Origin: an uncultured Tissierellaceae bacterium
GTDB lineage: Bacteria; Bacillota; Clostridia; Tissierellales; Tissierellaceae
Direction: 5' to 3'
Assembly: GCA_964477045.1 (NCBI GenBank)
Contig: CAYZDC010000001.1
Coordinates: 1-44,960, forward strand
DNA: 44,960 nucleotides
The notes beneath the pieces were generated by a model that ran no database searches, had not been told where the DNA came from, and saw only the letters and a program-made list of their open reading frames with translations. The position numbers were made by a program, and so were the translations under genes. Within the stretch, counting starts at the first letter, position 1, and each line of letters begins with the position of its first letter. Shown in pieces: positions 1 to 8,817 of the stretch.

Positions 1-61
1 GCCCCCTTAATAATTCAGCTATTTTCCATATAAAACTTATCTTGTCATTAAAATTAACCAT
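1..61 (-). CDS. N-terminal 20 codons (gene runs off the left edge) of an N6-adenine DNA methyltransferase, type I R-M HsdM-like
   Basis: Hand translation of the minus strand from the ATG at 61..59 gives MVNFNDKISFIWKIAELLRG. The F-I-W-x-I-A-x-L-L-R-G string is the characteristic N-terminal motif of HsdM-type methylases. AGGAGG RBS (plus-strand cctcct, 72-77) lies 10 nt upstream. Only 20 aa are visible, so the family call is tentative. Confidence 0.45.
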   Translation of the reverse strand, partial: MVNFNDKISFIWKIAELLRG

Positions 62-127
62 TTATGCTATACCTCCTATTGTAATCATATTAGATATTAT
101 TATATCATTAAAGCTAATGAAAACAAT

Positions 128-2119
128 TTAACTAAGTTTGTCTTTTATTATACCTAAAATCCCACTCTCTTTTTTAAAATCAATGTTAAAGAATTCAGAA
201 GCTTTGTCTAAATCCATTATTATATATTTGCTAGATTTTTTAGCATATATATCTTCTGGAAGTTCTTTTAATATCCTATCAGCTTCCCAAGTCTCTGCTG
301 CATTATATATAAGTTGAGAATGTCTTTTCTTAATTTCAAATGCTTTTCTATTAACCTGCCAAGCTCTTTGAATAGTCTCAATAGCTTGAGAACCAGTAAC
401 TTTTTCATTGAAGTAGTCATCTAAAGTTAATAGTCTAATGTAATCTGGTAAATCTCCATTATAATGTTCTCTTAGAATTTCATAAATTATAAGAGATGAT
501 TCTTCTAATAAGTCTACAGCCCCTTCTAGTTCTTCATTCTTTAAATCCTCTATAAGTTCTGGCATTATAGTTAACATTCTTTTTAAGTATTCTCTATAAA
601 AAGCAGTCCCTATATTGTTTTGTACTCGTCTAACAATACGAGTTTTCATAATATCTGTATTCGTTAAGCCAGCTTGTACATTACATATTACGGTTCTTCT
701 TATAATTTCTGCTGCAACTGCTTTAACGTCCTCATTTGCGCTAATTACAATTGCAGGATAGGTATTATCATTATCTAGTACTCCAAAGTCATCATTTTTG
801 ATTGTTTCTATGGCGTGGTTTTTAAATCTTGCGTGAGTTAAGTCGTCTACTATAATTGGGGCTCCTTTTACAGTTCTTCTTAAATTGTCTATACTAGTTC
901 TTGTGAAATCCGGAGCAGACATTTTTGGTTTTTGTCCTATCATCATTTTAAGTAAAGTTTCTAAAAATGTAGTTTTACCCGCTTTTGACTGACCATATAT
1001 TAACCCGAATACTGGATATGGCAATAGGTTTTGGTTATGTTTTACAGCCATATTTCGCATTAATGCCATAAAAGGACTTGTCAGAAACCAAATAGCAAAA
1101 CTATAATATTTCATTTGCATTCCTACTACATCTCCATGAAATTTTTTATAGCCTTCCATATATTCTATAAATAAATCTACATCATTTTTTATTTCTTCAT
1201 TATTAGGGTTTAGATTTAATTCGTCCTCATTAAGTGTCACTTTTGAATTTTCAATATCTATAATTAAATGTGGATATTCACTCCTTAACTCTTTTTCTTG
1301 AATACTTGCATCTATAATTTTTCTTCTAGTTTGAATCATTACCTCTGGTGATAAACTAATTTTCCCTTTCTTATCTACTCTCGGCATATAGGAAGATATT
1401 TTATTTGCTAAGTTCTTTACATCAAGTACAAATTTAATTTCTTCTCGTTGAGATATATCTGGTTCAATTACCATTGCTTTTTTAATTTTTATTGTTTGAT
1501 TTATTGGTAACTCCTCTAAATTATCCTTATCAGAAACTGATAGGGCTGATACAGTTATATCATCAGAACTTGATTGTTTTAAATCAGTATAGCTATTAAA
1601 ATACCAATCAAATGCCCTGTCCCCATCTGTATAACTAATATTCTCTCTTTGTCTACCTGTAAAAGCAGAATAAGACATATTGGCAGAACCTGAAATTACT
1701 CTTTTTCTACCATCATATGATTCTAGCAAGTAAATCTTCTCATGAGATAACTTTTGTCTAGCAACATACAATTTTAATTTATTGTCATCAATTTTTGAAA
1801 TTAAATCAATCTTGTTTTTATTTGTAGTTTCTTTTAATCTTTTAATAGTCTCCTGCTGAAAAGCCATAATTTCTTGTAGGTTATATGACATAACCCCTTC
1901 AAAACCAAAAATGACTTCTGTATATTCAAATAAGTTTAAAAGTTCACACATAAATCCCATACCTGATGAGTAAGTTATAGCATAAAGTTTGTCATACCCC
2001 TTAAATAATTCTTGCCAGGTTAAGACTTCTGCACCAATAAATTCCATTTGCACTACATCCAGTTTTGAATTATCTTCTATCTTTTCATTTAAGAAATTCA
2101 TTTCTTGTCTTTCATTCAT
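128..2119 (-). CDS. Fusion protein: N-terminal single-HKD phospholipase-D-family nuclease domain plus C-terminal SF3/VirE/D5-like P-loop NTPase
   Basis: 663-aa ORF. HKD motif SHEKIYLLE..ISGSANMS (res 125-148, nt ~1679-1744). Walker A GQSKAGKT (res 376-383, nt 971-994). Walker B PIIVDDL (res 421-427). IVISAN (motif-C-like) followed by IIRRTV. RBS AAAGGTGG upstream of the ATG at 2119. Confidence 0.7.
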   Translation of the reverse strand: MNERQEMNFLNEKIEDNSKLDVVQMEFIGAEVLTWQELFKGYDKLYAITYSSGMGFMCELLNLFEYTEVIFGFEGVMSYNLQEIMAFQQETIKRLKETTNKNKIDLISKIDDNKLKLYVARQKLSHEKIYLLESYDGRKRVISGSANMSYSAFTGRQRENISYTDGDRAFDWYFNSYTDLKQSSSDDITVSALSVSDKDNLEELPINQTIKIKKAMVIEPDISQREEIKFVLDVKNLANKISSYMPRVDKKGKISLSPEVMIQTRRKIIDASIQEKELRSEYPHLIIDIENSKVTLNEDELNLNPNNEEIKNDVDLFIEYMEGYKKFHGDVVGMQMKYYSFAIWFLTSPFMALMRNMAVKHNQNLLPYPVFGLIYGQSKAGKTTFLETLLKMMIGQKPKMSAPDFTRTSIDNLRRTVKGAPIIVDDLTHARFKNHAIETIKNDDFGVLDNDNTYPAIVISANEDVKAVAAEIIRRTVICNVQAGLTNTDIMKTRIVRRVQNNIGTAFYREYLKRMLTIMPELIEDLKNEELEGAVDLLEESSLIIYEILREHYNGDLPDYIRLLTLDDYFNEKVTGSQAIETIQRAWQVNRKAFEIKKRHSQLIYNAAETWEADRILKELPEDIYAKKSSKYIIMDLDKASEFFNIDFKKESGILGIIKDKLS

Positions 2120-2245
2120 AATCAGATACCACCTTTAATAATTAATATTTTATGTGAGACCTATTTATCTATTTCTATATAAATTCTAAATATCCTTCTA
2201 TTTATAAAAATTTATCCACTTTAAAATATATTAAGCCAAGATAAT

Positions 2246-2296
2246 AAAATACAAACTGAGTCTTCAGTTATGTACTGTAGACCCAGTTTGTATTTT
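2246..2296 (-). terminator. Rho-independent terminator after the 170-aa gene
   Basis: 17-nt arms AAAATACAAACTGAGTC / GACCCAGTTTGTATTTT. On the minus-strand RNA the only non-Watson-Crick pair is G-U, and the stem is followed by UUUUAUUAUC. Confidence 0.7.
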
Positions 2297-2301
2297 ATTT
2301 A

Positions 2302-2814
2302 TTATATCCACTTTTTAAAAAAGTTCCAATCATTTACAGTTCCATCTTCATTTAATAAATCTAAATATACACCGTCAGAAATTCCAACTTCCCAAATAGC
2401 TTGAGCATCTTCAATATTATTGGAAATTTTATGTTCTATAATATATTCATTAAATCTTTCTTGACCTTCTCCATAGCTTTCTGAAACATAAGCTACTAAA
2501 TAAATAGCTATGGCATTTGAACCTAAATCAAAAGGATCAGTTTTTAAAATATGTTCTCTAACCATATCAACCCATTTATCTTCTGATACGCGCAAAAGTC
2601 TCTTCCCTATGTTTTCAATACAATAGGAAGCATAGCATCTCTTTTCTTCTAATTCTAAATAGGTAAAATTACCCTCTGTTTCTTTTAAACTAATTAAGGT
2701 ATCTTCTAGTTTTCCTACTATTGGAATAACATCTTCAAATAAATTTCTACCCCTTATATTGTCAGGTAGATCAATTGGATGTGCTTGATTTCTAGTAAAA
2801 GCTTTTTTAGCCAT
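2302..2814 (-). CDS. Hypothetical protein (170 aa), no family recognised
   Basis: Clean ORF ending just before the terminator. No motif I can assign. Confidence 0.55.
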   Translation of the reverse strand: MAKKAFTRNQAHPIDLPDNIRGRNLFEDVIPIVGKLEDTLISLKETEGNFTYLELEEKRCYASYCIENIGKRLLRVSEDKWVDMVREHILKTDPFDLGSNAIAIYLVAYVSESYGEGQERFNEYIIEHKISNNIEDAQAIWEVGISDGVYLDLLNEDGTVNDWNFFKKWI

Positions 2815-2870
2815 TTTAAACCCTCCCTAAGCTGACTTACCCATATATCCATTATATCGAATAATAATTA

Positions 2871-3095
2871 TTAGTCCAATTCTAATTTATTTAAGATATC
2901 TCTAAGTTCTTTAATTTCATCTACATTGAATGTGACACCTTTACTCATCATTTTGTGATCAGGATCCCAGTCTCGTATATCATATTTTGGTGCATAGTTA
3001 TTCCATGCCACCATATTTATTTCTCTAGTCCATCCTTTTGAAGTTTCTGCTATAACCCCAATATTTTTAACTATTTCATATTTAATCTCTGCCAT
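2871..3095 (-). CDS. YdbC-like / PC4 (p15) family ssDNA-binding protein
   Basis: The 74-aa ORF carries KGWTREINMVAWNNYAPKYDIRDWDPDH..GKGVTF, which closely follows the bacterial YdbC PC4-like family pattern. RBS AAGGAGG upstream. Confidence 0.85.
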   Translation of the reverse strand: MAEIKYEIVKNIGVIAETSKGWTREINMVAWNNYAPKYDIRDWDPDHKMMSKGVTFNVDEIKELRDILNKLELD

Positions 3096-3192
3096 CTGTT
3101 TTGCCTCCTTTTTATACTATCTTATGATATTATACCAAATTCTATATTAGATTAGTAATATATATAAACACAAATCTATATATTCTTAAAAT

Positions 3193-3876
3193 TTATCTGT
3201 GTAATGGAGAATAATCTGCATTGAAAAACAATTTATAGTTATCTATATCGTAGTCATATTCTTTTAACATTTTTACTATTAATTCACTATAACCATTAGC
3301 TGACATTGAAGTGGTTATATAAATTTTATTCATAATTTTTATTGGAAGAATCATGTTTGAGCTATCTTTGGAGAAATAATCTCTAAGTTCTCCATTCATT
3401 CTTGTTAGTTTTTCAAAACTTAAAAACTTTTTTTCGTCAATTTTTAATAACATTTCACAGGTTTTTATAAATATATCTTTCCAAGTACTTGCTAGGATTA
3501 ATTCATTATTATTAAATCTAAAACCATAGGGTCTAATATGTGTTAAATCTTCTAATAGACTGTGTTCTATAGTATTATCAACCCTGTATTGCTCATAGTT
3601 TGGATTTAACCTTTCTTCGGCATCAATCTTTTCATTTCTTAATTCACCCATAGTTAATTGTCCATAATTAATATCAAGGTCACTTTTTATATCTTCAATA
3701 ATTTTTGTTATATTGGTCAATTCCTGTATAAATTCATCTTTATTTTCTTCAAAACTATATACATCTATTATTATTTCAACTTTATTTTTAAGCTCGCTAA
3801 TTAGATTTGAAATATAGATTGCATCTTCTGGGAAATCTTTTTTTATAGAACTGATTAACTTTTTAATAAGAATCAC
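3193..3876 (-). CDS. Hypothetical protein (227 aa): E/K/I-rich helical N-half and an unassigned C-terminal domain
   Basis: ORF track. The start is a GTG (plus-strand cac, 3874-3876) with only a weak GAGGTG-type RBS overlapping it, so the start is uncertain. Confidence 0.55.
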   Translation of the reverse strand: MILIKKLISSIKKDFPEDAIYISNLISELKNKVEIIIDVYSFEENKDEFIQELTNITKIIEDIKSDLDINYGQLTMGELRNEKIDAEERLNPNYEQYRVDNTIEHSLLEDLTHIRPYGFRFNNNELILASTWKDIFIKTCEMLLKIDEKKFLSFEKLTRMNGELRDYFSKDSSNMILPIKIMNKIYITTSMSANGYSELIVKMLKEYDYDIDNYKLFFNADYSPLHR

Positions 3877-4083
3877 CTCATTTTTAAGTTGTTGATACTA
3901 TTGTATCACTATCTACAACTAATAATAAAGTACTTTTATTTTCTATCTATCCTCATTCTTATTCATTTTCTTTAAATATTCCAAACACATACCTTATATA
4001 ATAATCATTTTTTATGAATATGGTATTATATCTCTTTAATAGGGTATAAATGTAATAGATAAAAATAGAAAGGATGTGTCAAT

Positions 4084-4518
4084 ATGAAGAAAATTTTAGT
4101 CCCTGTAGATGGTTCGGATAATGGTAAAAAAGCGTTAATGAAAGCTAAGAGTATAGGAACAGCATTTAATAGTGAAATCACAATAGTATATATTATGGAT
4201 GATGTTTCAGGTATATCTTCTTTTAATATTACTGATTATCAAACTTACAAAGAGCCTTTAACAGATGCATTTAGACAACATGCTAGAAAAATACTAGATG
4301 ATGCCATGGAAAATTTTAAAGATTACAATAATAAGGTAGATACATTAATTGAACAAGGAAATCCAGCATATAAGTTATTAGAAATCTCAGAAGAAGGAGA
4401 CTATGATCTTATTGTAATTGGTAGTAGAGGCTTGGGTCCTTTTTCTAGAGCAGTTATGGGTAGCGTTTCTAATAAAGTAGTACATCATGCCAAGATGTCT
4501 GTTTTAGTAGTTAAATAG
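4084..4518 (+). CDS. Universal stress protein (UspA family), copy 1
   Basis: KILVPVDGS..., GSRGLGPFSRAVMGSVSNKVVHHAKMSVLVV. RBS AAAGGATG upstream. Confidence 0.9.
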   Translation: MKKILVPVDGSDNGKKALMKAKSIGTAFNSEITIVYIMDDVSGISSFNITDYQTYKEPLTDAFRQHARKILDDAMENFKDYNNKVDTLIEQGNPAYKLLEISEEGDYDLIVIGSRGLGPFSRAVMGSVSNKVVHHAKMSVLVVK

Positions 4519-4533
4519 AGAGGATGGTTTAAT

Positions 4534-4968
4534 ATGGAAAAAATCCTAGTAGCTATAGATGGTTCAGAAACTGGTAATAAAGCCTTGCTCAAAGCAAAGG
4601 CAATGGGAACAGCTTTTAGAAGTGAAATCACAATACTATATGTAATGGAATATGCTTCAAGTCTATATTCTGTATATATGTCTGAGAACAAGATTAATAC
4701 AGATCCTTTAAATGAGGCATATAAAGAGCATGCTATGGAAGTACTTAATAATGCATTGGAAAATTTTAAAGATTATAATTATAAGGTATGTACATTACTT
4801 AAGAAAGGCAATCCTGCATTTAAAATACTTGAAGTTTCAGAAGAAGGAGATTTTGATCTCTTAATAATTGGTAGTAGAGGGTTAGGTCCTTTTTCCAGAG
4901 CAATTATGGGTAGTGTATCTACTAAAGTTTTAAATAATGCAAAGATATCAGTATTAGTAGTTAAATAA
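4534..4968 (+). CDS. Universal stress protein (UspA family), copy 2, tandem paralog
   Basis: Same length (144 aa) and collinear with copy 1. GSRGLGPFSRAIMGSVSTKVLNNAKISVLVV. 15-nt spacer with its own RBS GAGAGGATGG. Confidence 0.9.
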   Translation: MEKILVAIDGSETGNKALLKAKAMGTAFRSEITILYVMEYASSLYSVYMSENKINTDPLNEAYKEHAMEVLNNALENFKDYNYKVCTLLKKGNPAFKILEVSEEGDFDLLIIGSRGLGPFSRAIMGSVSTKVLNNAKISVLVVK

Positions 4969-5005
4969 TATTTGAGAATAAAAATATCTCATGTAAATTT
5001 TAAAT

Positions 5006-5040
5006 AACTGTTACGATTTGTCGTAACAGTTATTTGTTTT
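5006..5040. terminator. Hairpin terminator between convergent genes
   Basis: AACTGTTACGA-TTTG-TCGTAACAGTT followed by ATTTGTTTT. Confidence 0.7.
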
Positions 5041-5044
5041 AAAG

Positions 5045-6001
5045 TTAATTTCCTAAGAGCTTCTCTATGACTTTATGAGTATTATACCCTTCTTGAAAAT
5101 CAACAATATTTGAAGGTTTCCCTTCAATTGCATCTAATACATTATTGAGTAATTCTACCAAGCTATTGTTTTCTGGGACTTCCATCCTATTCATATCCAT
5201 ATCAGCATTTGATATCCATAATTCTCTCCAGTTTTTTAAATAAATAACACCTTTAGATCCAAACATTTTTAAATTTAATTTTTCTTTCATACCAACTCCT
5301 GCAATTGCATTTATTAAAACTGGTATACCTTCTACCTTAGCTTTTGCTATGATGCTTGTTTCAGATAAAATAGGATTTTCTGGATATTCTATAAAGGATT
5401 GTATATCTTCTAGCTCTCCAAATAGCCTTTGAATTATTTGAATATAGTGAGTAATTACTTCTCTTGTAAAGCCACCTTGTTCTTTTGTTGAAATCCATTT
5501 ATTTTGTTGCCAAGGTCTAGGCCATTGAGAAAAGTATCCTTGAAATTCAATTCTTACTAGGTCTCCTAAGAAACTATTTTTTATTAATTCTTCTAATTTT
5601 GAAAAAGTATTGGAATACATAGTTGGAAAATTCATTGCAAAGACTTTATCACTTTCTTTTGATAATTCTGACATAGTTTTAGCTTCAACTGTTGAATTAG
5701 CTAATGGTTTTTCACAAATAAAATGTTTCCCTGCCTTGAAAATATCTAAAGCAATAGGATAATGATATTTTGGTGGAACTGCTAAATATACTACATCTAT
5801 ATCTTTGTTCATTAATAAGTCTTTTTGAGAATTTGCAGCTTCTATACTGTATTTTGTTGTAATTTCAGATAGTCTCTCTAGATTAAGGTCATAGATACTC
5901 TTAATATTTACTCTAGGATTAATCTTTGATGCATTGATAATTCTCTCAGCCACCACTCCTGCACCAATAATACCTATGTTTATTATTCTTTCCATAATCA
6001 T
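5045..6001 (-). CDS. Gfo/Idh/MocA family NAD(P)-dependent oxidoreductase
   Basis: N-terminal Rossmann motif IGIIGAGVVAER, and ...HFICEKPLA, typical of the family. Confidence 0.85.
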   Translation of the reverse strand: MIMERIINIGIIGAGVVAERIINASKINPRVNIKSIYDLNLERLSEITTKYSIEAANSQKDLLMNKDIDVVYLAVPPKYHYPIALDIFKAGKHFICEKPLANSTVEAKTMSELSKESDKVFAMNFPTMYSNTFSKLEELIKNSFLGDLVRIEFQGYFSQWPRPWQQNKWISTKEQGGFTREVITHYIQIIQRLFGELEDIQSFIEYPENPILSETSIIAKAKVEGIPVLINAIAGVGMKEKLNLKMFGSKGVIYLKNWRELWISNADMDMNRMEVPENNSLVELLNNVLDAIEGKPSNIVDFQEGYNTHKVIEKLLGN

Positions 6002-6191
6002 ACCCCTTTATTTTTTATCATATTTATACTTTAAATCAATTATATCATAAACAGATATTTATCTGATAGTTACAATATTTGTATTAATAAGGTATCCAAT
6101 AATACCCTAGTATCATAATTAGTAAATCCAATAAATATATGTTAGAATTTACATACAAGATATTATAAATTTTTAACCGAAAGGAGCCATT

Positions 6192-7253
6192 ATGAGAATA
6201 GATGAGAGGGATATAATGTTTTCCAGAATGAGCAGAAAAAAGAATACTCCAGAATATGAAGATTATTATAATAAAAACCCTAATCTTAAAATTATTGATG
6301 ATGAGATTAGAGAAATGCCTGAAGTAGATTCTAGTGAAACAGCATTTTATAATCCAATTAGTAGCCCTATTGTTTCATCTACTTTTAATTTCATGGCAGA
6401 TATTAAGAATTTAGTTAATGGTCCTGGTTTAAGTGCAAATAAGATAGAAGATAGCCCAGAAAATTTTACTTCCAAGATTAAAGGCTTAGCTAAATATTAT
6501 GGTGCGGATTTATGTAATATAACTATTTGTGATGAATCTTATTACTATAGCCATAGAGGTAGAGAAGATAATATTTATGGTGATAAAGTAGATAAATTAT
6601 ATAAATATACTATAGTCTTTGCTGTAGAAATGGATAAGAATTATATTGACACTGCTCCCAAATTACCTGAATCTGTAGAAGTTACAAAAGGATACTTAGA
6701 CGCAGCAATCATTGGAATGATATTGACATATTATATTAATCATTTAGGTTATAATGCTAGAAATCATATGGATGGTAATTATGAAATAATTTTGCCCTTG
6801 GTAGCTAAAAAAGCCGGATTAGGGGATATTGGTAGACATGGAGTTTTAATTAATGAGCAATATGGGTCAAGAGTTAGACTAGGAGCAGTTACTACAGATT
6901 TACCATTAATTACTGATCAAGAATCTAACTTTAATGTTTCTGCCTTTTGTGAAGTTTGTAAAAAATGTATACTTACATGTCCTGCTAAAGCTATTCATGA
7001 AGAAAAAATTATTGATATGAATGGAATAAAAAGGTGGCAAATTACCCAGGAAGAATGCTATAAAAAATGGAGATCTTTAGGGACCGATTGTGGTATATGT
7101 CTATCAACATGCCCTTTTAGTTCAAATATCCCATTTGAATCAATAGAAAAATACAAACAAGATCCTGGTTATGCTATGGAGATTATTAAAAAACATGAGG
7201 AAACTTATCCTATAAGACCCTTTGTAAAGGATAATCCTGAGTGGTTAGACTAA
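6192..7253 (+). CDS. Cytoplasmic RdhA/QueG-superfamily protein with two 4Fe-4S motifs (reductive-dehalogenase-domain / epoxyqueuosine-reductase-like)
   Basis: CEVCKKCILTCP and CGICLSTCPF cluster motifs. GSRVRLGAVTTDLPL precedes the first cluster, as in RdhA/QueG. No Tat or signal peptide. Confidence 0.65.
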   Translation: MRIDERDIMFSRMSRKKNTPEYEDYYNKNPNLKIIDDEIREMPEVDSSETAFYNPISSPIVSSTFNFMADIKNLVNGPGLSANKIEDSPENFTSKIKGLAKYYGADLCNITICDESYYYSHRGREDNIYGDKVDKLYKYTIVFAVEMDKNYIDTAPKLPESVEVTKGYLDAAIIGMILTYYINHLGYNARNHMDGNYEIILPLVAKKAGLGDIGRHGVLINEQYGSRVRLGAVTTDLPLITDQESNFNVSAFCEVCKKCILTCPAKAIHEEKIIDMNGIKRWQITQEECYKKWRSLGTDCGICLSTCPFSSNIPFESIEKYKQDPGYAMEIIKKHEETYPIRPFVKDNPEWLD

Positions 7254-7256
7254 ATA

Positions 7257-7283
7257 AAAGGTGGACTAAAAAGTCCACCTTTT
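7257..7283. terminator. Bidirectional hairpin terminator
   Basis: AAAGGTGGACT-AAAA-AGTCCACCTTT between convergent genes. It overlaps the stop codon of the 7282 gene. Confidence 0.75.
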
Positions 7284-7785
7284 ATATATGCTTAGTCTTC
7301 CATAATTCATAATACCTGATGGCATTGTTCTTGATATCTTGGATTTCTCCTTCTGTTACTTGTCTTATGACTTTTCCTGGTGTTCCCATTACCAGCGAAT
7401 TAGGTGGGATTACTTTTCCTTCTGTTATTAAACTACCTGCTGCTATAATTGAATTATCTCCTATTTCGGCACTATTTAATACAATTGCACCCATTCCTAT
7501 GAGACAATTATTACCTACCTTGCAACCATGAATTATTGCGTTGTGACCAACTACAGTGTAGTCTCCCAATTCTGTTGGTATATTGGTTTCAGTATGAACT
7601 GTAGCATTGTCTTGAATATTTGTATATTTACCTATTTTTATATTTTCGATATCTCCTCTTACTACAGTGTTATACCAAATACTAGATCCTTCTCCTATTG
7701 TTACATCACCTAGTACATTAGCTGTGTCTGCTATAAAAGCATTTTTATGGATTTGTGGTTTTATATTACCTAGTTCTTTTATCAT
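7282..7785 (-). CDS. Gamma-class carbonic anhydrase family / hexapeptide-repeat protein (YrdA/PaaY-like)
   Basis: Left-handed beta-helix hexapeptide repeats. IGEGSSIWYNTVVRGD..IKIGKYTNIQDNATVH. Confidence 0.85.
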   Translation of the reverse strand: MIKELGNIKPQIHKNAFIADTANVLGDVTIGEGSSIWYNTVVRGDIENIKIGKYTNIQDNATVHTETNIPTELGDYTVVGHNAIIHGCKVGNNCLIGMGAIVLNSAEIGDNSIIAAGSLITEGKVIPPNSLVMGTPGKVIRQVTEGEIQDIKNNAIRYYELWKTKHI

Positions 7786-7936
7786 TTATCTTGTCTCCTT
7801 TAGTTAATCATCTACAATTATCATATCATAAATTTATTTATATTATTTAAAATAATATACTATTCCAGTTCTTGTTAATTCCCAATATAAGTAATATAAT
7901 GGACATTCATTATAGTATACAAATGGAGGTTTTTTT

Positions 7937-8779
7937 GTGAATTTTGATTTGAAACGTTTTTTAAAAATTAACTTAGGTGTTATAATTAGTGCCTTAGGAC
8001 TGTATTTCTTCCTAATGCCTTCAAATCTAGCTACTGGTGGTGCAACTGGTCTTGCTATTGTCCTTAGTCATTTATTACCAATATCCATGGGAATTCTTTT
8101 AGGAATTATTAATTTAACTTTATTTATAATAGCTTTTATTGTTTTAGGTAGAGATTTTGGTGGATATACCCTTTATGCAAGTTTAGCTTTATCTTTTATT
8201 ATAGCAGTTCTAGAAAAATTGGTTCCCATGAATCAACCAGTTACTGATGACTTGTTTATTAATTTGATATTTGGAGTATTCATAATTGGTGTTGGAATGG
8301 GAATTGTATTTAATCAAAATGCATCTACAGGGGGAACTGATATTATTGCAAAGATTATTAATAAATATACTCATATAGATATTGGTAAATCTTTACTTAT
8401 GAGTGATTTTCTTATAAGTTTGTTTGCAGGCCTAGTATTTGGTCCTAGACTTGGTATGTATGCATTACTAGGAACTGTAATAAATTCTTTGATAATTGAT
8501 AAAATGATTTCTGGTTTTAATGTGAAAATAAATATGATTATAATATCGGATGAATTCCAAAGCATAAACAAATATATTTTAGAAGAAATTATTAGAGGTA
8601 CTACGATTTACCATGCCACAGGTGGTTTTTCTAAAGAAGAAAAAGATGTTATAAATACAATAGTTTCAAGAAGGGAATATATAAAAATTAGAGATTTTGT
8701 TCGACTGGTTGATAAAAAAGCATTTGTTTCCATATCTTATGTTTCTGAAGTAGAAGGCGAAGGATTTACCTTTGATTAA
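7937..8779 (+). CDS. YitT family membrane protein (with C-terminal DUF2179 domain)
   Basis: GTG start. Multi-TM N-region with GGATG/GGTD motifs, plus a soluble C-terminal ~80 aa. Confidence 0.85.
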   Translation: MNFDLKRFLKINLGVIISALGLYFFLMPSNLATGGATGLAIVLSHLLPISMGILLGIINLTLFIIAFIVLGRDFGGYTLYASLALSFIIAVLEKLVPMNQPVTDDLFINLIFGVFIIGVGMGIVFNQNASTGGTDIIAKIINKYTHIDIGKSLLMSDFLISLFAGLVFGPRLGMYALLGTVINSLIIDKMISGFNVKINMIIISDEFQSINKYILEEIIRGTTIYHATGGFSKEEKDVINTIVSRREYIKIRDFVRLVDKKAFVSISYVSEVEGEGFTFD

Positions 8780-8782
8780 GAA

Positions 8783-8817
8783 GGTGTAAAATGGGAGAAC
8801 CTCTCCCTATTTTACAC
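8783..8817. terminator. Hairpin terminator between convergent genes
   Basis: GGTGTAAAATGGGAGA-ACC-TCTCCCTATTTTACAC (one bulged T). Confidence 0.65.

Noticed and set aside
4485-4691. 68-aa minus-strand ORF spanning the junction of the two USP genes
   Set aside because: Antisense to both USP genes and their spacer, with no start context.
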